A DNA stretch of 64,000 nt, from contig NC_058369.1 of the NCBI RefSeq assembly GCF_018350175.1, positions 3,598,001 through 3,662,000 of the forward strand, given 5' to 3'. Each line of letters begins with the position of its first letter. Position 1 is the stretch's first letter. Positions 1 through 12,659 of this stretch are shown piece after piece. Below the pieces are notes generated by a model that ran no database searches, was not told the origin of the DNA, and saw only the letters and a program-made list of their open reading frames with translations. Source of the DNA: Felis catus (taxonomy: Eukaryota). The translations under genes were made by a program, and so were the position numbers.

Positions 1-125
1 TAAAAAAGAGAATAAAGCAGCCATGAACGTTTGGGGGCCTTTGTGGGGACATGTGGTCACACTGAGCTTAGGTATAAACTCAGGAACAGGAGTGATAGAA
101 CACAGGGGAGATGCCCCAGATTGCT

Positions 126-790
126 TTTTATTTTTTTTTTAATTTTTTTTAACATTTTATTTTATTTTTGAGACAGAGAGAGACAGAGCATGAACAGGGG
201 AGGGGCAGAGAGAGAGGGAGACACAGAATCTGAAACGGGCTCCAGGCTCTGAGCTGTCAGCACAAAGCCCGATGTGGGGCTTGAACTCACGGACCGTGAG
301 ATCGTGACCTGAGCCGAAGTCGGACGCTTAACCGACTGAGCCACCCAGGCGCCCCAGTTTTTGTTTTTAGAAACGACTTTTTATGTTTATTTTTTGAGAA
401 AGAGCACGAGCTGGGGAGGGGCAGAGACAGAGGGAGAACGAGAGAGACCGAGAGAACTCCAAGCAGGCTCCACACCACCAGGGCAGAGCCTGCCGTGGGG
501 TTCCAACTCATGGGTGGTGAGATCATGACCCGAGCCAAAGTCGAGAGTCGGGTGCTCAACCAACGGAGCCACCCAGGCACCCCACAAATGACTTTAATCT
601 TTTTTGTTTTTTTTTTAGAGAGCATAAGAGGGGAGGGGGAAGAAGACGGAGACGGAGAGCGAGAGGGGGAGAATCTTAAGGAGGCTGCAGGCTCAGCACG
701 GAGCCCGATGTCGGTTGATCCCATGACCCTGCATTCGTGACCTGAGCCAAAACAAAAAATTGGACACTCAGCCGACTGAGCCACCCAGGC
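126..790 (-). mobile_element. Three tandem CAN-SINEs (SINEC_Fc-like)
   Basis: Reverse-complement ggggcgcctgggtggctcagtcggttaagcgtccgac heads, (CT)n bodies and poly-A tails. Confidence 0.9.
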
Positions 791-1536
791 TTTCTTAAGG
801 GTTTGTAAACCTTTGTCCAGAGGCCAGAGCCCCCAGGAGAAGGTGACATTGTCCTGCCTTTGCATACAGGGTCGTTTTAGTTCTCTAGTGGGGCTGGAGA
901 CCCTAAATCCCTCTCCTCACGCCTTCTTGCTTGAGGACAGACGTTGGACCCATCGCTCCAGCACCGATCATTCGCTTCCCCGCCCCCCAAACCTGCCATC
1001 ATCACCCTCTGCTGGAGATGTGCCGACACCCTCAGGCCTAGTCTCGTAAGCGGGACTCAGTGATGTGTAGTTACAGCAGCAAAACACATCGCAGCTCTTA
1101 AGTACTGGGAGAGACGCTTCTAAGCAGTAAGACGTTAACAGGAAGGTCTCAAGCTTGTGCCTGGCAAGCTTCCCCTGTAAAGGGTCAGAGAGTGAATATT
1201 TTAGGCTTTGCGGGCCACAGAGGGTCTCTGTCGCTTATTTTTGTTCGCTTTAAAAATGTAAACTATGCTGGGGTGCCTGGCTGGCTCAGGGGGTAAGGCC
1301 CTGGGGTGCTCTTGGGGTCACGGGTTGGAGCCCCATGTTGGGGGTAGAGCTTGCTTAGGTAATTAAAGAAAAATGTAAACTGTCCTTAGCTCGTGGGCCG
1401 GGCCAGCACACAAGCAAACACCCGGCTCTTTGGATGGTGAGGGCTTGTGCTTGTACTATAATCACTTTGTACGGGGGGCTGCGTGTAGGAAGTATTCATC
1501 ATTAAGTTTGAGAGGCAGGGTTTCTGTTGTATCTAA

Positions 1537-1754
1537 TTTTTTTTTTTTTTTTTTAACATTTATTCATGTTTGAGAGTGAGAGAGAGCATGAGCGGGGGAA
1601 AGGCAGAGAGAGAGGGAGACACAGAATCCGAAACAGGCTCCAGGCTCTGAGCGGTCAGCACAGAGCCCGATGCGGGGCTCGAACTCACGAATCAAGAGAT
1701 CATGACCTGAGCCGAAGTCGGGCGCTCAACCGACTGAGCCACCCAGGCGCCCCC
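1537..1754 (-). mobile_element. CAN-SINE with target-site duplication
   Basis: Full-length; flanked by gttgt(a/g)tctaatt on both sides. Confidence 0.9.
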
Positions 1755-2283
1755 GTTGTGTCTAATTCTGAATTTGTACTTGCATGTTCTTTTTCTTGTA
1801 TTGCCCCCGAACGTGTTCAACCTTCTTGAAAAATTGAGACACAATCGACATAGAGCACGGTGTCCGTGGTAGGGGTGGAACATAGTGATTCGGTAGGTGT
1901 GTATGTTGCAAAATGAGCACGAGAAGTTAATGTCTGCCAGAGCTACGATTTCTTTCTCGTGATGAGAAGCGTTCAGGTCTACTCTAAAAAAAGTGACAGG
2001 TTTTAGTGGCGCCTGGGTGGCTCGGTCTCCTAAGCGTCCCACACCGCAGCGCGTGGCCTGGCGGCGGCGGGGGAGGTGAAGGATCCTCCCGCCCTGCTCT
2101 CCTCCTGTCCCAGGGGCTGGACGAGAGCTCTGAGCCCCACTCCGGATCTGGCCCTGTCCTGTTCCCATCCTCGGGAGCAGAGCAGGGAAGCGGGCGGAGG
2201 CGGCCACCCGCGGACCCCGCGTCGCTCAGCTCCTGGGAACGCATGCGCGTGCGCACACAGCCTGTACTCGGCTGCAGGTGAGA

Positions 2284-2289
2284 TTTATT
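2284..2289 (-). terminator. PLIN3: PLIN3 polyadenylation signal AATAAA
   Basis: tttatt on the + strand, about 470 nt downstream of the stop codon; no earlier AATAAA seen in the 3'UTR. Confidence 0.75.
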
Positions 2290-2758
2290 AAGGCAACGGT
2301 GACACTCCAGGCACCCGCGAGCGGCCGGGCAGGCCCCAGGGCCCCCCGCCCCCCGTCTGCTCCGGAATGGGTCTCAACGGTTCTGCCTCCACCCCACACC
2401 CCAGAAGGGCCACTTCGCAAGCCAGAAGTCCAAGTCCGTTAGCTAAAGGCGGATATCCAGGGGCCTTGATGTAGCACAGGTGGGATGTAAGAAACCTAGC
2501 CTTTGTTTCTAAGAAGAAAAAATTTGGAGGGGGCCTGGGGGCCTCCTAGAAAGAAATCCGTTTCTGGAAACCTCCCCCTAAAGACTGATGAAGGCAGGCA
2601 GTGCTTCCTCCGAGGCGGCGCTCCCCGAGGTGGTAGCTGAGATGGGCCGGGAGGAAGGGAAGAAACACGTTCCAAGCGAGGCGAGGGGGCGAAGGGTCCA
2701 GCGCTCCTGCTGACCCCTCAGGGAAAGACTAGGTCCCTCGAGCCCCCTTCTGACTGTC

Positions 2759-3103
2759 CTATTTCTTCTCCTCTGGGGCCTTCTCAGCGACTCCCGGGGC
2801 AAAGGGTCCCACCAGCCACATGATGGGCGTGTTCTGGGCCACGTACTCAACCATGTGGTCAAGGGCCTCTCGGGCCTTGGCCACCTGCTCTCGGCTCTGC
2901 GTCAGGATAGTGCTGGACAGGTCCTGGAAGGAATGGACGCCAGAAAAGGTGGCCTGGAGGCCCTCCACCTGGTGGCGAGCCTGCTGAACCTGGTCCTTCA
3001 CGTGGGAGGGCAGCCCCTGGATGCTGGACCCCAGCGAGGCACAGGTGTTCTGCAGCTGCTGGGCAATGTCGCGGAACATGGTAAGCGTCTGGGACTCCAC
3101 CTG
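2759..3103 (-). CDS. PLIN3: Perilipin-3, last coding exon (exon 8; four-helix-bundle C-terminus)
   Basis: [18 protein letters not shown]...[29 protein letters not shown]; acceptor cttcccag|CAG; TAG at 2759-2761. Confidence 0.96.
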   Translation of the reverse strand, partial: QVESQTLTMFRDIAQQLQNTCASLGSSIQGLPSHVKDQVQQARHQVEGLQATFSGVHSFQDLSSTILTQSREQVAKAREALDHMVEYVAQNTPIMWLVGPFAPGVAEKAPEEKK

Positions 3104-3269
3104 CTGGGAAGGGGCGGACAGTCAGGACCACGTTTTGGGATCCAAGGCCCGGGGAGAGAAAGTGGGGGTTCTCCTGCCCACCTTCCAGAAAACCTTTCCT
3201 TGGCGAGCCCGTCCAGCACGGTGGTTTGGGATCCCAGCTCTATTTGAGTTTTGAGCCAAGTGACATAGG

Positions 3270-3860
3270 CCCCAAAGTGAAAAAGAAGCACGGTCACTTC
3301 GGAAGACAGTCCAGTGGTCCCTCAAAACGTTAAGAGTTTCCATAGGACTAGCGATCCGTTCCATTTCTAGGTATCTACCCAAGAGAAATGGAGACACGCG
3401 ACCATACACGGGCTGGGGCTGGTCACAGGACGTGATCCACAGGAGGCAAAAGTGGAGACAACCCAGAAGCCCATCAACTTGTAAACGGGTAAACAAAACC
3501 CACACAGGGGAACGTCACCGGGCCTCGAGCGGGAGCGAGGCGCCCACCCCTGCTGCCCCGCAGTCGGACCCTGAACACACGACCCTCAGGGAGGGAACCA
3601 GACACGGGAGGCCCCACAGAATGCGAAACGGCCAGAACAGGCTCATCCACAGACAGGAAGGGGGTTCGTGGGTGCTGGGGACAAAGAGCGTCTGCTAAAA
3701 CGGGGACAAGATCTCCTTTGGGGTTGGTGGGGACGTTCTAAATGCACTGTGGCGATGTTCGCACAGCCCTGTGAACACGCGAAAAAACCACGGCATCATC
3801 CGCATGGGTGAACTGTATAGCATGTGAATTATATCTCAATAAAGCTTTTTTTTTTTTTTT
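3270..3860 (+). mobile_element. Old L1 (L1M-type) 3' end fragment
   Basis: tctaggtatctacccaagagaaatg...aaaagtggagacaaccc...gaattatatctcaataaagc; GC-shifted middle part. Confidence 0.7.
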
Positions 3861-4289
3861 TTTTTGTATCTCAAGACGTTTTTCAGGTTTTTTTTAAAGA
3901 GGACGTCTGGAAGAACTTTCCAGGCAGGAGCTATGTGGTGGGGGAGACGGAAGTGTACATGCGTGCATCGGGACCTTAACACCCCACCCCCACCACAGCG
4001 GGGGAAGAGAGCAGGCTGGGAGGCAGGACTTTGCCCTCCACCCGCCATCAGAGCGCTGGCTCGGGACTTGAACCTGACAGGGAGGTGCCGACCAGAGTCA
4101 ACACCCACATCTCGAGGTTGCCACGGTCAGCGGTGGGGGAGAAGGGAGAGGGAGGCGGATGTAGGTGGTTTGGGTCTGAATGCTAACAATTTTGCACCTG
4201 CAGAGACAGCAGGTGATATCTTCACAAATGCCATTTTTTGAAGGGTTTACTATGTGCTTTATGTAGCAACTCAATTTCTTTTAGAGACG

Positions 4290-4660
4290 TATGTAACTCA
4301 CGGACCAGAAAATTCACCCTTTTAAGTATATAGTTCCGTGGTTGTCAGTCCATTCACAAGGTTGTGCAACCACTGCCTCGAACTCCAGAACATTCCATCA
4401 CCCACCAAAGAAGCCTCCTCCCCATGAAGCAGTCCGTCCTGACCCCCTCCCCAAGCCTCTGACAGCCTTGAACCCCTTCCCGTCTGTGGATGAGCCTGTT
4501 CGGGGCGTTTCACACACGTGGACTCACACCCCGTGGGGCCTCTTGTGTCTGGTTCCCTCCCTGAGCGTCGGGTGTTCAGGGCCCGTCCGTGGGGCGGCAG
4601 GTGTGGGCGCCTCACTCCTGCTCACAGCCGAGTGACGCCCCCCATTCGTAGTGGACACGT
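4290..4660 (-). mobile_element. Old L1 3' end fragment, GC-rich variant
   Basis: aaaattcacccttttaagt...attcacaaggttgtgcaacc...ccagaacatt. Confidence 0.7.
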
Positions 4661-4934
4661 TGGCGCTGGGACACAGGAGAAGGGAAATACGGCAGGGTTT
4701 AGAGTTCAGCAGGTTGAGAGGCGTCACAAGTGTCCTGCAGTTCAAAGCAACACCCACACCTAAAGGAGGAAATCAAGGTGGGCTTCCTGGAAGAGGTGGC
4801 GTCACGTCCTAAAGGTGGTAAATGGCTGGAGAGGCTGTGGAAAGCCTTCCAGGCAGGTAGGTCCATCCGACAGAGGTGCGGAGAAGGAAGGAAGTCAGGG
4901 CCCTAAGGATCCCACAGGCACCCCACGTTGGTAC

Positions 4935-5060
4935 CTCTGGTTTGGCCGGGTTCTCCTCGGTGCCCCGGAGGTCCTTCTGGTTCCAGCTGAGCCACATCTG
5001 GTGCAGTTTCTCCTGACCGTCCACCAGCTTCTGATCGACTCCGTGCTTGACGGTTTCCAT
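4935..5060 (-). CDS. PLIN3: Perilipin-3 exon 7
   Basis: METVKHGVDQKLVDGQEKLHQMWLSWNQKDLRGTEENPAKPE; ctccag|ATG ... GAG|gtacc; 126 nt. Confidence 0.95.
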
Positions 5061-5414
5061 CTGGAGCAGGGGAGGGGAGAGAGAGAGAGAGTGAGAGGCT
5101 GCCTCCAGCCCCTGGCCAATGCCCGCGGAGCCCCACACGCGTCCCAGGAGAGGCAGGAGTCCGGAGAGAGGCCCACAGAGTCGTCCTTTTATCCGGGAGG
5201 AGGTGGTCTGTGAAGGGGAGGAAAGCGGGGCACTGTGCTCACTTACGCTCTCCCCGCTGTGGTCTCATCACCGACAGGGGCACATATGTGCCGCTTGCAA
5301 AGGGAGGGACCACACATTCCCTGCACCTCCTCCCATTTCGTCTGCTGCTCCTTGTGACTGGGCCCGGCCCCGAGACTGGCTTTGGCCAACGGAATGTAGC
5401 AGAGCCTTGAAAAC

Positions 5415-5780
5415 CGTTTCAATGGAATGTTATTCAGCCTTAAAAAGTCAGGACGTCCTGCCACCTGCTACCGCGTGGAGGGACCCGGAGGACACCGTGC
5501 GCGGTGACAGGAGCCAGACACAGAAGGACACGTCCCGCATGACCCCAGGCACAGGGGGTCCCCAGAGGAGTCCCATCCACCGAGTCAGAGAGTAGATGGT
5601 GGGAGCCAGGGTGGGGAGTCTGTGCTTCATGGGGACAGAGTCTCGGTCTAGGGAGATGGAAAGTTCTGGAGACGGATGGCAGGGGCGGGTGCACGACAGT
5701 GTGAGCGTGCCTGATGCCGCTGAGCTGTGCGCTTGGAAATGGCTAAAAGTGGCCAATCTTACCCCAATCAAAAATTGAAG
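5415..5780 (+). mobile_element. Old L1 (L1MB-like) 3' end, GC-rich variant
   Basis: aatggaatgttattcagccttaaaaag...agccagacacagaaggaca...gatggaaagttctggaga. Confidence 0.75.
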
Positions 5781-5794
5781 AAAAAGAGGGAGGA

Positions 5795-6210
5795 GGGGCG
5801 CCTGGGTGGCTCAGTCGCTTAAGCATCTGACTTCGGCTCAGGTCATCTCGCGGTTTGTGAGTTCAAGCCCCGCATCGGGCCCTGTGCTGACGGCTCAGAG
5901 CCTGGAGCCAGCTTGGGATTCTGTGTCTCTGTCCCTCTCTGTCCCTCCCCTGCTCATGCTCTCTCTCCTTCTCTCTCCCTTTCTCTCTCAAAAGTAAATA
6001 AACAATAAAAGAAAAAAAATTTTTTTTAATTAAAGAAAAAGGCGGGGGGGGGGGGGGGGTGCCTGGGTGGCTCAGTCAGTTAAGCGTCCGACTCTTGATT
6101 TCAGCTCAGTTCGTGGCTCTGAGCTGACAGTGCAGAACCTGCTTGGGATTCTCTCTCTGCCCCTCCCCTCCTCTCTCCCTACAGAAAAAGAAAAAAAAAA
6201 AAAAAAGAGG
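5795..6210 (+). mobile_element. Two CAN-SINEs
   Basis: SINE heads at about 5795 and 6055. Confidence 0.85.
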
Positions 6211-6425
6211 GAGGAGCTAGCACTCAGTACAGGAAGCTCAGCAGAGAGAGAGAGAGAGAGAAAGAGAGAAATAGGAATTTAGCTCCTTAGAGAACAGATA
6301 GAAAAAAGCCTGGCAGGAAGGGGCAGGATGTGACCGCAAAGTGGCGGGGGCGGGGGCTAGGGGGGGCGTGTGGGCGGGGGCTGGGGGGTTGTGGGCGGAG
6401 CCCCGGGGCAGGGGCGGGGCCTCAC

Positions 6426-6625
6426 CAGGCTGAGTGCCTGCGCCAGCTGGAGCAGGGCCTCCTGGGCCCGCTGCCGGGTCAGCTGCAGTTTGCCCAGAGA
6501 GTGAGCGTAGGCCCGCTGGCGCAGCCGCTCCGAGAGGGAGCCCAGACGCACGAAGTAGCTCTGCTCCTGCCGCTGCTGCTGCACCGACGCGATGTCGAAG
6601 CCCTCCAGGGACGTGGCGAGGCGGG
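6426..6625 (-). CDS. PLIN3: Perilipin-3 exon 6
   Basis: (A)[46 protein letters not shown]...LAQALSL; ctgcag| ... |gtgag; 200 nt. Confidence 0.95.
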
Positions 6626-6854
6626 CTGCAGGGAGGAAGGAAGGAGAGGCGCCGTGAGGGCCGGGACCCGGCCGCGTGTACCGCTCAGGCTTCGGCGAGC
6701 GGCCCTCGGGCCTGCACGCACCTGCCCAAGTTGTGCCCCTCGCAAGCTGTGGAGCCTTGGAGCGAAGGGGTCCCCCGCCTTGCTTTTCCCCATCTGCAGA
6801 ATGGGCATGACGAGAACCGCGGTTCCCAAGATCGAGAGGCCTTGGAAGGGCACG

Positions 6855-7045
6855 AGGGTCTGCACACCCCGGCCCTCGGGCCAAATACCACTTGTCCCTA
6901 GGAACAAAGTTTTATTGGCACACGGTCACGGCCGTTCATTTACCTATCTTCTGTGCTAACAGACGTAAGTAGTTGCAACAGAGACTGACCCACGAAGCCA
7001 AAAATATTTACCGATCTGGTTAAGAAAATGTTTACCACCCCCTGC
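6855..7045 (+). mobile_element. MER58-like hAT MITE (related copies at about 7555-7760, 16330-16440, 63826-64000)
   Basis: aaagttttattggcacac...agttgcaacagagac...caaaaatatttac motif. Confidence 0.65.
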
Positions 7046-7813
7046 TCTAAAGTGACTGTGCCACGCAGCCTCAGTTTCCCCTTCTGCAGGGCCACCCGAG
7101 TCAGAGCTGCCTGAATTGTGGCATCTGAGCTACTTGCGTCAAAAAAGGCGCACAAGTGAGCATTTCGCGATTTTTGCTCGCGGTTTATAGCAGATGATTT
7201 GGCTTTCTGTTTCCAGTAAGTGATAACATCAGTCTTTCTACAAGAATCTTGAAAAGCTGATTTAAAGGAGGGTGTTAAATAAATAGCACAGGGAGCACGA
7301 ACACACGGCCAGGGTAACACAACGGATGACCTCTGGTGGGGCAGGGAGAGCCTGGTTAAGTGAGGTCCCCATTTTAGCCACGTGTTTTTGCCGCTGCTTC
7401 GGGCCAGGCACTGCTCCATCAACAAGAGACAGAAAGTAAAGGAAGGAAATCCCACAGGCTGCTGTTGACCCACAGCTCAATCAAGGTTAGCCTTCGATCG
7501 GGGGATTTCAGCGGTGTCTACAAACGCTAAACATTCCAGAAGAACACACTCTAACCCAGGGGTGGATCAACCTTTTTGGCACGGGGCCAGACGGCCAATA
7601 TTTTTGTCCTCACAAGCAGTTACACTGGCCCTACTCAGCTCTCCAGCTGTCCTGCAGAAGGGCTCAGATAACACGGTCGCAGATGGGCGTGGCTGTGTGC
7701 CAATAAAACTTTATTTACAAATGCAAGTGGTGGGCCAGGTGTGGAGTTGGGGGTAGTCTGATAGAGTCGGCTGGGGAGAATGTCATTTCATGACATTTCA
7801 AAAATGAACAGCA

Positions 7814-8020
7814 GGGGTGCCTGGGGGGGGGGGGGGAGCGGGCTCAGTCGATTAAGCGGCCGACTCCTGGTTTTGGCCCAGGTCATGATCTCACGGTTTG
7901 TGAGTTCAAGCCCCCAGCTGGGCTCTGCACTGACAGAGTGGGGTCTGCTTGGGATTCTCTCCCCTTCTCCCTCTGCGCCCCCCCTCCCCGACCTTAAAAT
8001 AAACAAACATTAAAAAAAAA
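7814..8020 (+). mobile_element. CAN-SINE
   Basis: Head with an expanded G-run, body and A tail. Confidence 0.85.
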
Positions 8021-8624
8021 GAGAGAACAGGAAGCATACACGTGGGACACGTGCGACCTGCGTTTCGAGAAAAACAGACCTTCCCATCCCCCCAGCCAAG
8101 GCGGGTTGCAAAGACTAACCCACACTGGCCACATTCTCAACCTGCCCTACTGCAGTCCAGAACTTCTCCGTGGCCCCCAGGGGCCCTGGGGCGCTGCCCT
8201 TGGAAGTGAATGTGGCTCTGCTGTTTTAGGCCAGGATGTCTGGCAGGATCCCAGCACGTCTGAGCCAGCTGGCAGGTGCCCTTGGCAGAGGGGAGGAGGA
8301 GAGGGAGGAAAGGGGGCTGTTTTCATGGTCTGAGTCCCCGAGCACATGCCTGGTTCCGCCACGTGGCTACAAAACTCCTACCTTCACCCACAGGCCACCC
8401 CAGTACCACGAGCACCCGTGTGCACAGTGACCTCATCCTTAGTGGGTGGACAGAAAGTACAAAAAAGCATGGCTGGTCAGATGGATCCGTTCTCCGCAGT
8501 GGCCTCCGGGCCTGGTTCAAGACCTTCCTCCCGGCAGACACTGTTGCTCCCACGGCTGGCTCTACCTGACTTCAGCACCTACTATGGGCTGGCAGGTCCC
8601 TTCCTTCAAGAGGTTCAGGGTCAC

Positions 8625-8822
8625 AGGGGCGCCTGGGTGGCTCAGTCGGTTAAGCGTCCGACTTGGACTCACGTCACGATCTCACAGTTTGTGAGTTCAG
8701 GCCTCGCGTCGGGTTCTGTGCTGACAGCTGAGAGTCTGGAGCCTGCTTCGGAGTCTATGTCTCCCTCTCCCTGCCCCTCCCTTGCTCTCTCTTTTTCAAA
8801 AAGTAAACATGGGAAAAAAAAA
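8625..8822 (+). mobile_element. CAN-SINE
   Basis: Full head-body-tail structure. Confidence 0.88.
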
Positions 8823-9764
8823 GTTTCAAGGTCAGGTTTTGGACACTCAAAGGGCACAGGACATCTGCATTCAAACCACATGCTTCAGGGCTTAAGATCA
8901 CCAGCCCGCCTGAATCATCGAGTTTCTCCAGAAAGCCAACGACTACCACTTTGCACTGAGGATTCCCAGGGAGGATCACGGAGACGCAGAGCCAACTCGA
9001 GGAGGGTCTCCAACTGGCCAAAAGCAATGGGACAAGTGAAATGTTGATAAAGCAAATGCGTAGCATTCGAATATGTCACGTAAGTCTGCGCGTTCCAACC
9101 AGCTAGCCCCGCGCTCTGTGTTTCCTCCGCAAGCTGTACCTGGGGTGATTAACAGTGCAACAGAGAACTTTCCCCAGGGAAGTTTCCCAGCTAACAGAGA
9201 AAGAAGAGATACTTAGAATAGTGACGTTTTGCAATTCCAATCGTCAACAGAGGTGCTAACCCACCAGGGAACCACATGATTCCCTTTGCATGAATGTTGC
9301 AGAACAGGTGAAGGAGGGCGTCTCACCTGGGAGGTGAGTCTGCCCCACAGGGGACGCTGGGTAGTGTCTGAGGACATCTGTCTGGCCAAAGTCAGATGGA
9401 GCACGGTGTCTAACCTACACGCAGCCCCATGGGCCCTCGTTGCCGTGGGCACCAGGGTCCGCATCGCGGTGTGGCAAAAGTCCTTCACGAATGTGCAAAG
9501 GATGAAAAATGAAAACACAAATGTCCAAAGGATGGCTGTCCCCAGAATGTGGGGACAGGACCACAAGAGGACTGTGGACCACAGATAAGACCGGCTGCTT
9601 TGTCTCAACAGTTTCATCCCCCGCTTGTCTGTCTTCATTCCTGCTCCCGCCTGGCCTAGCCCCCATCACGCCCCCAGGGACCAGCAGGGCACCCTCCGTC
9701 CTGCCCTGGATCCGCTGGGCTCCTGCCTTCACCGGCACCGCCCGCCCGTCCGTCCTCCCCGCAG

Positions 9765-9783
9765 CGGCCACCAGGGGGCGCCC
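9765..9783 (+). promoter_or_regulatory. CTCF motif
   Basis: cggCCACCAGGGGGCGCcc matches the CTCF core consensus. Confidence 0.65.
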
Positions 9784-10867
9784 GTGAGCACCCAATCAAG
9801 TTCCGCTTCCTCTGCCCACAGCCCGCCAGGACTCCCACCTCCCCAGGGGAAAAGCCCAAGTCCTCCCCACGCCCCCAAAGGCCCTGCAGACCTGCCCTGT
9901 CCCCTCCCCTGGCCCTCCCCTCCTCCCCCTCTCTCCCTCGCCCACTCTGCCTGTTTCTCTAACACACCAGGCAGGTCCTGCCCCAGGACCTTTGTTTTCT
10001 ACACCTCTCTCTGCCCTGACAGCCATGCAGCTCGCTCCCTCCCTCCCTCCCTCCATTCACCGTCTCAGAAACATCTACCCCACCCTCCCCCTGGAATTCT
10101 CTCCTTTGACCTGACTTCCTTATACTTTATACAGTGAGTTCCTTGAGGGCAGAATTCTGTGCACTGATGTATCCCCCCAGGACTTGAAAGACAGTCAGGA
10201 GGCAGGTGCTCAAGGAACATCTGGATGGACAGATAAATGCCTGGGGCGGGGGGTGAGGGGAGCGACAGAGGAGAGTGATTTTACGCTTGGGGTTGAACGC
10301 CTACTGAGCACCAGGCCCCGTCCTAGACAAGGGGCACAGCAGTAAGACCAAGACAGAAGCGTCTGCTTCGTGGAAGTGATGAGAAGTGCCAGGCAGAAAA
10401 CCCAGAGGCCAGTGAGGAGGGGGTGGGGGGCAGGTTTTGGGACACAGTATGGACGAGGGAGGCTGCAACTGTAGAGGCTTCACTGGGAAGGTGGCGTTGA
10501 AGCACAGAGCTGCAGAAACTACCCTTCCCGATGTCTAGGGGGAGGACGTTTCCAGTAGAGGGGATAGCTGGTGCAAGGGCCCTGGGGCGGAAGCATGGCC
10601 CGAGTGGAATGAATGAGGGGAGGGGGGAGCCCTGAAAGGCTGTGGGCAGAGGTCAGCACCTGACTGCGGTGCTCACGGGGGCCCTCTGGTGGTTGCTTCA
10701 AAGAGAACAGACATCGGGGGCCAGGGTGGAGGCCACTGCCCTGGCCCAGGTGGCCGCAAGTTCAAGGAGACACGGCAGGGTTGATATGGCACTGAGGGAC
10801 ACACCCTAGGTGGCCGCAAGGAGGGGGGAGGTCTGGGGAGGGGTCCGGGCCCCAGGGCCGCACTCAC

Positions 10868-11165
10868 CGAGCTCAGCGTCCGTCATGGGCAGGTGGTTGT
10901 CCATCCATTCCTCGGACTTGCCCAGCATCGTGTCCACCCCGCTCAGCACCACCTGGCCCACCCGGGAGCCCATGACCGACTGGATGCCACTGGCCACCAC
11001 AGACTTGGTGGCATCCACACCAGTCCGCACAGCGCCCCGGGTCACATCGACCGCCTCCGTCACTCGGGTGGCCACTGTGTCCTTGGCGCTGGACACGGTG
11101 TTGGACACGGCTTCTCGGGCCCCCGAGACCTTGGACGAGACCAGCTCCTTGGTGTCTGCCAGAAC
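10868..11165 (-). CDS. PLIN3: Perilipin-3 exon 5 (11-mer amphipathic repeat region)
   Basis: [35 protein letters not shown]...[18 protein letters not shown]; ttccag| ... G|gtgag; 298 nt. Confidence 0.96.
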
Positions 11166-11488
11166 CTGGAACACAGGCCGGCATCAGCACCCCCGTCCTC
11201 CCTTCATACCTGGGTCCCCCCACCCCTGCGCCCCAACCTCCGGGGAGGTCAAAGGGAGGACTGCCCCCTCCTGGGCGAACGCACAGGGGTCAACACTGAG
11301 TCTGGCAGGGAAGATCCTGAGCTCCAGAGCCTGGGTTGAATCCTGGTTTGATAGGTCCTAGCTGTGTGGCCTCAGGTAACTCACTCCACCTCTCTGTGCT
11401 TCTGTTTCTTCATCCACAGTGTTACGGGCCGCAGTGTGAACCCTAATCCCGAAGACCTCAGGATGTGACTATTTAAAGAGGTAATTAA

Positions 11489-11617
11489 GGGGGCGCCTGG
11501 GTGGCTCAGTGAAGTGTCCCGACTTCAGCTCAGGTCACGATCTCACGGTTCGTGGGTTTGAGCCTTGCGTTAGGCTCTGCACTGACAGCTCAGAGCTTGG
11601 AGCCTGCTTTGGCTTGT

Positions 11618-11670
<53 letters not shown>

Positions 11671-12062
11671 CCTCCCCCAGGCTCGTATATCCCAGGAGGA
11701 GAAGCGAGTCCAGCACGCGGTGGGCATTTGTGGATCAACGAGTGTTGATCTTCTGGAATCTAAGCAGATCTATGTGCACAGAACTCTCGGGAAAGTTAAC
11801 AACCAACCACTCCCACTCCCACTCTTTCAAGTTGGCATCCTGCCAGACACCTAGACCTCTCGTGTCCATGGGAATTAGTTCTTGTTTTTGAGACAGAGTG
11901 CCAGTGGGGGAGGGTCAGAGAGAGAGGGAGACACAGAATCCCAAGCAGGGTCCGGGCTCTGAGCTGTCGGCACAGAGCCCAACATGGGGCTTGAACTCAC
12001 GAACCGTGCGATCATGATCTGAGCTGAAGTTGAACGCTGAACCGACTGAGCCACCTAGGTCC
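11489..12062. mobile_element. Two CAN-SINEs in opposite orientation (11489-11678 +, about 11880-12062 -), with (CT)n expansion at 11620-11666
   Basis: SINE consensus recognisable in both. Confidence 0.8.
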
Positions 12063-12192
12063 TCAGAATTGGCTTCTTTTGGGTGGAGAAAGGTGCCCAC
12101 GGGGGCGGTCACGTAGCTCATGCCAGCCCAAGTTCAAACCCCAGCTGGGACACCACCACATCCCATAGAAACGGGGAACGCTGCCATTTCCT

Positions 12193-12238
<46 letters not shown>
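12193..12238. repeat. (GT)n microsatellite
   Basis: Read directly. Confidence 0.95.
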
Positions 12239-12241
<3 letters not shown>

Positions 12242-12659
12242 GGGGGTGACCTCATAAGGCCTGGAGTCTGGACAGTGCTGTGCCTCTAAGTCAAGAGCTG
12301 GGAGGGGCTCCGTTGGATGGCCTCGTAGAATGTCACCCTGAGCTCATCCCTTCTATAAACGGAAGGAATGTTGGCCTCATGTGGCACCAGCAGGACAGAA
12401 GGACACGAGTGCCCAGCCCTTAGGAGGTGGCTCATGCCAATATTTTTCCATTCTTCTGTGAACTGGGCAATTTCCACCTTCAATGCCCAGCCTGTTAACG
12501 GTCCCACACGGCAAAAGCGGAGACTGAGCGTCCACTACGTGCCAGGCTATATGATGGGCACCAGGCAGAGCAAGAAGCAGTCTGTGCCCTTACCCCACTC
12601 GGGGAGACAGAGCGGCAGCTAAAAAGCCGTTCAGAGGGCGGCAAACTTACAAGCCAACG

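Noticed and set aside
162..865. ORFs beginning MAQSVKRPTSAQV... here and at many other positions
   Set aside because: They are translations of CAN-SINE consensus sequence, not genes.
5795..5880. tRNA-like A/B-box sequence in SINE heads
   Set aside because: These are tRNA-derived SINE heads followed by (CT)n and poly-A, not tRNA genes.
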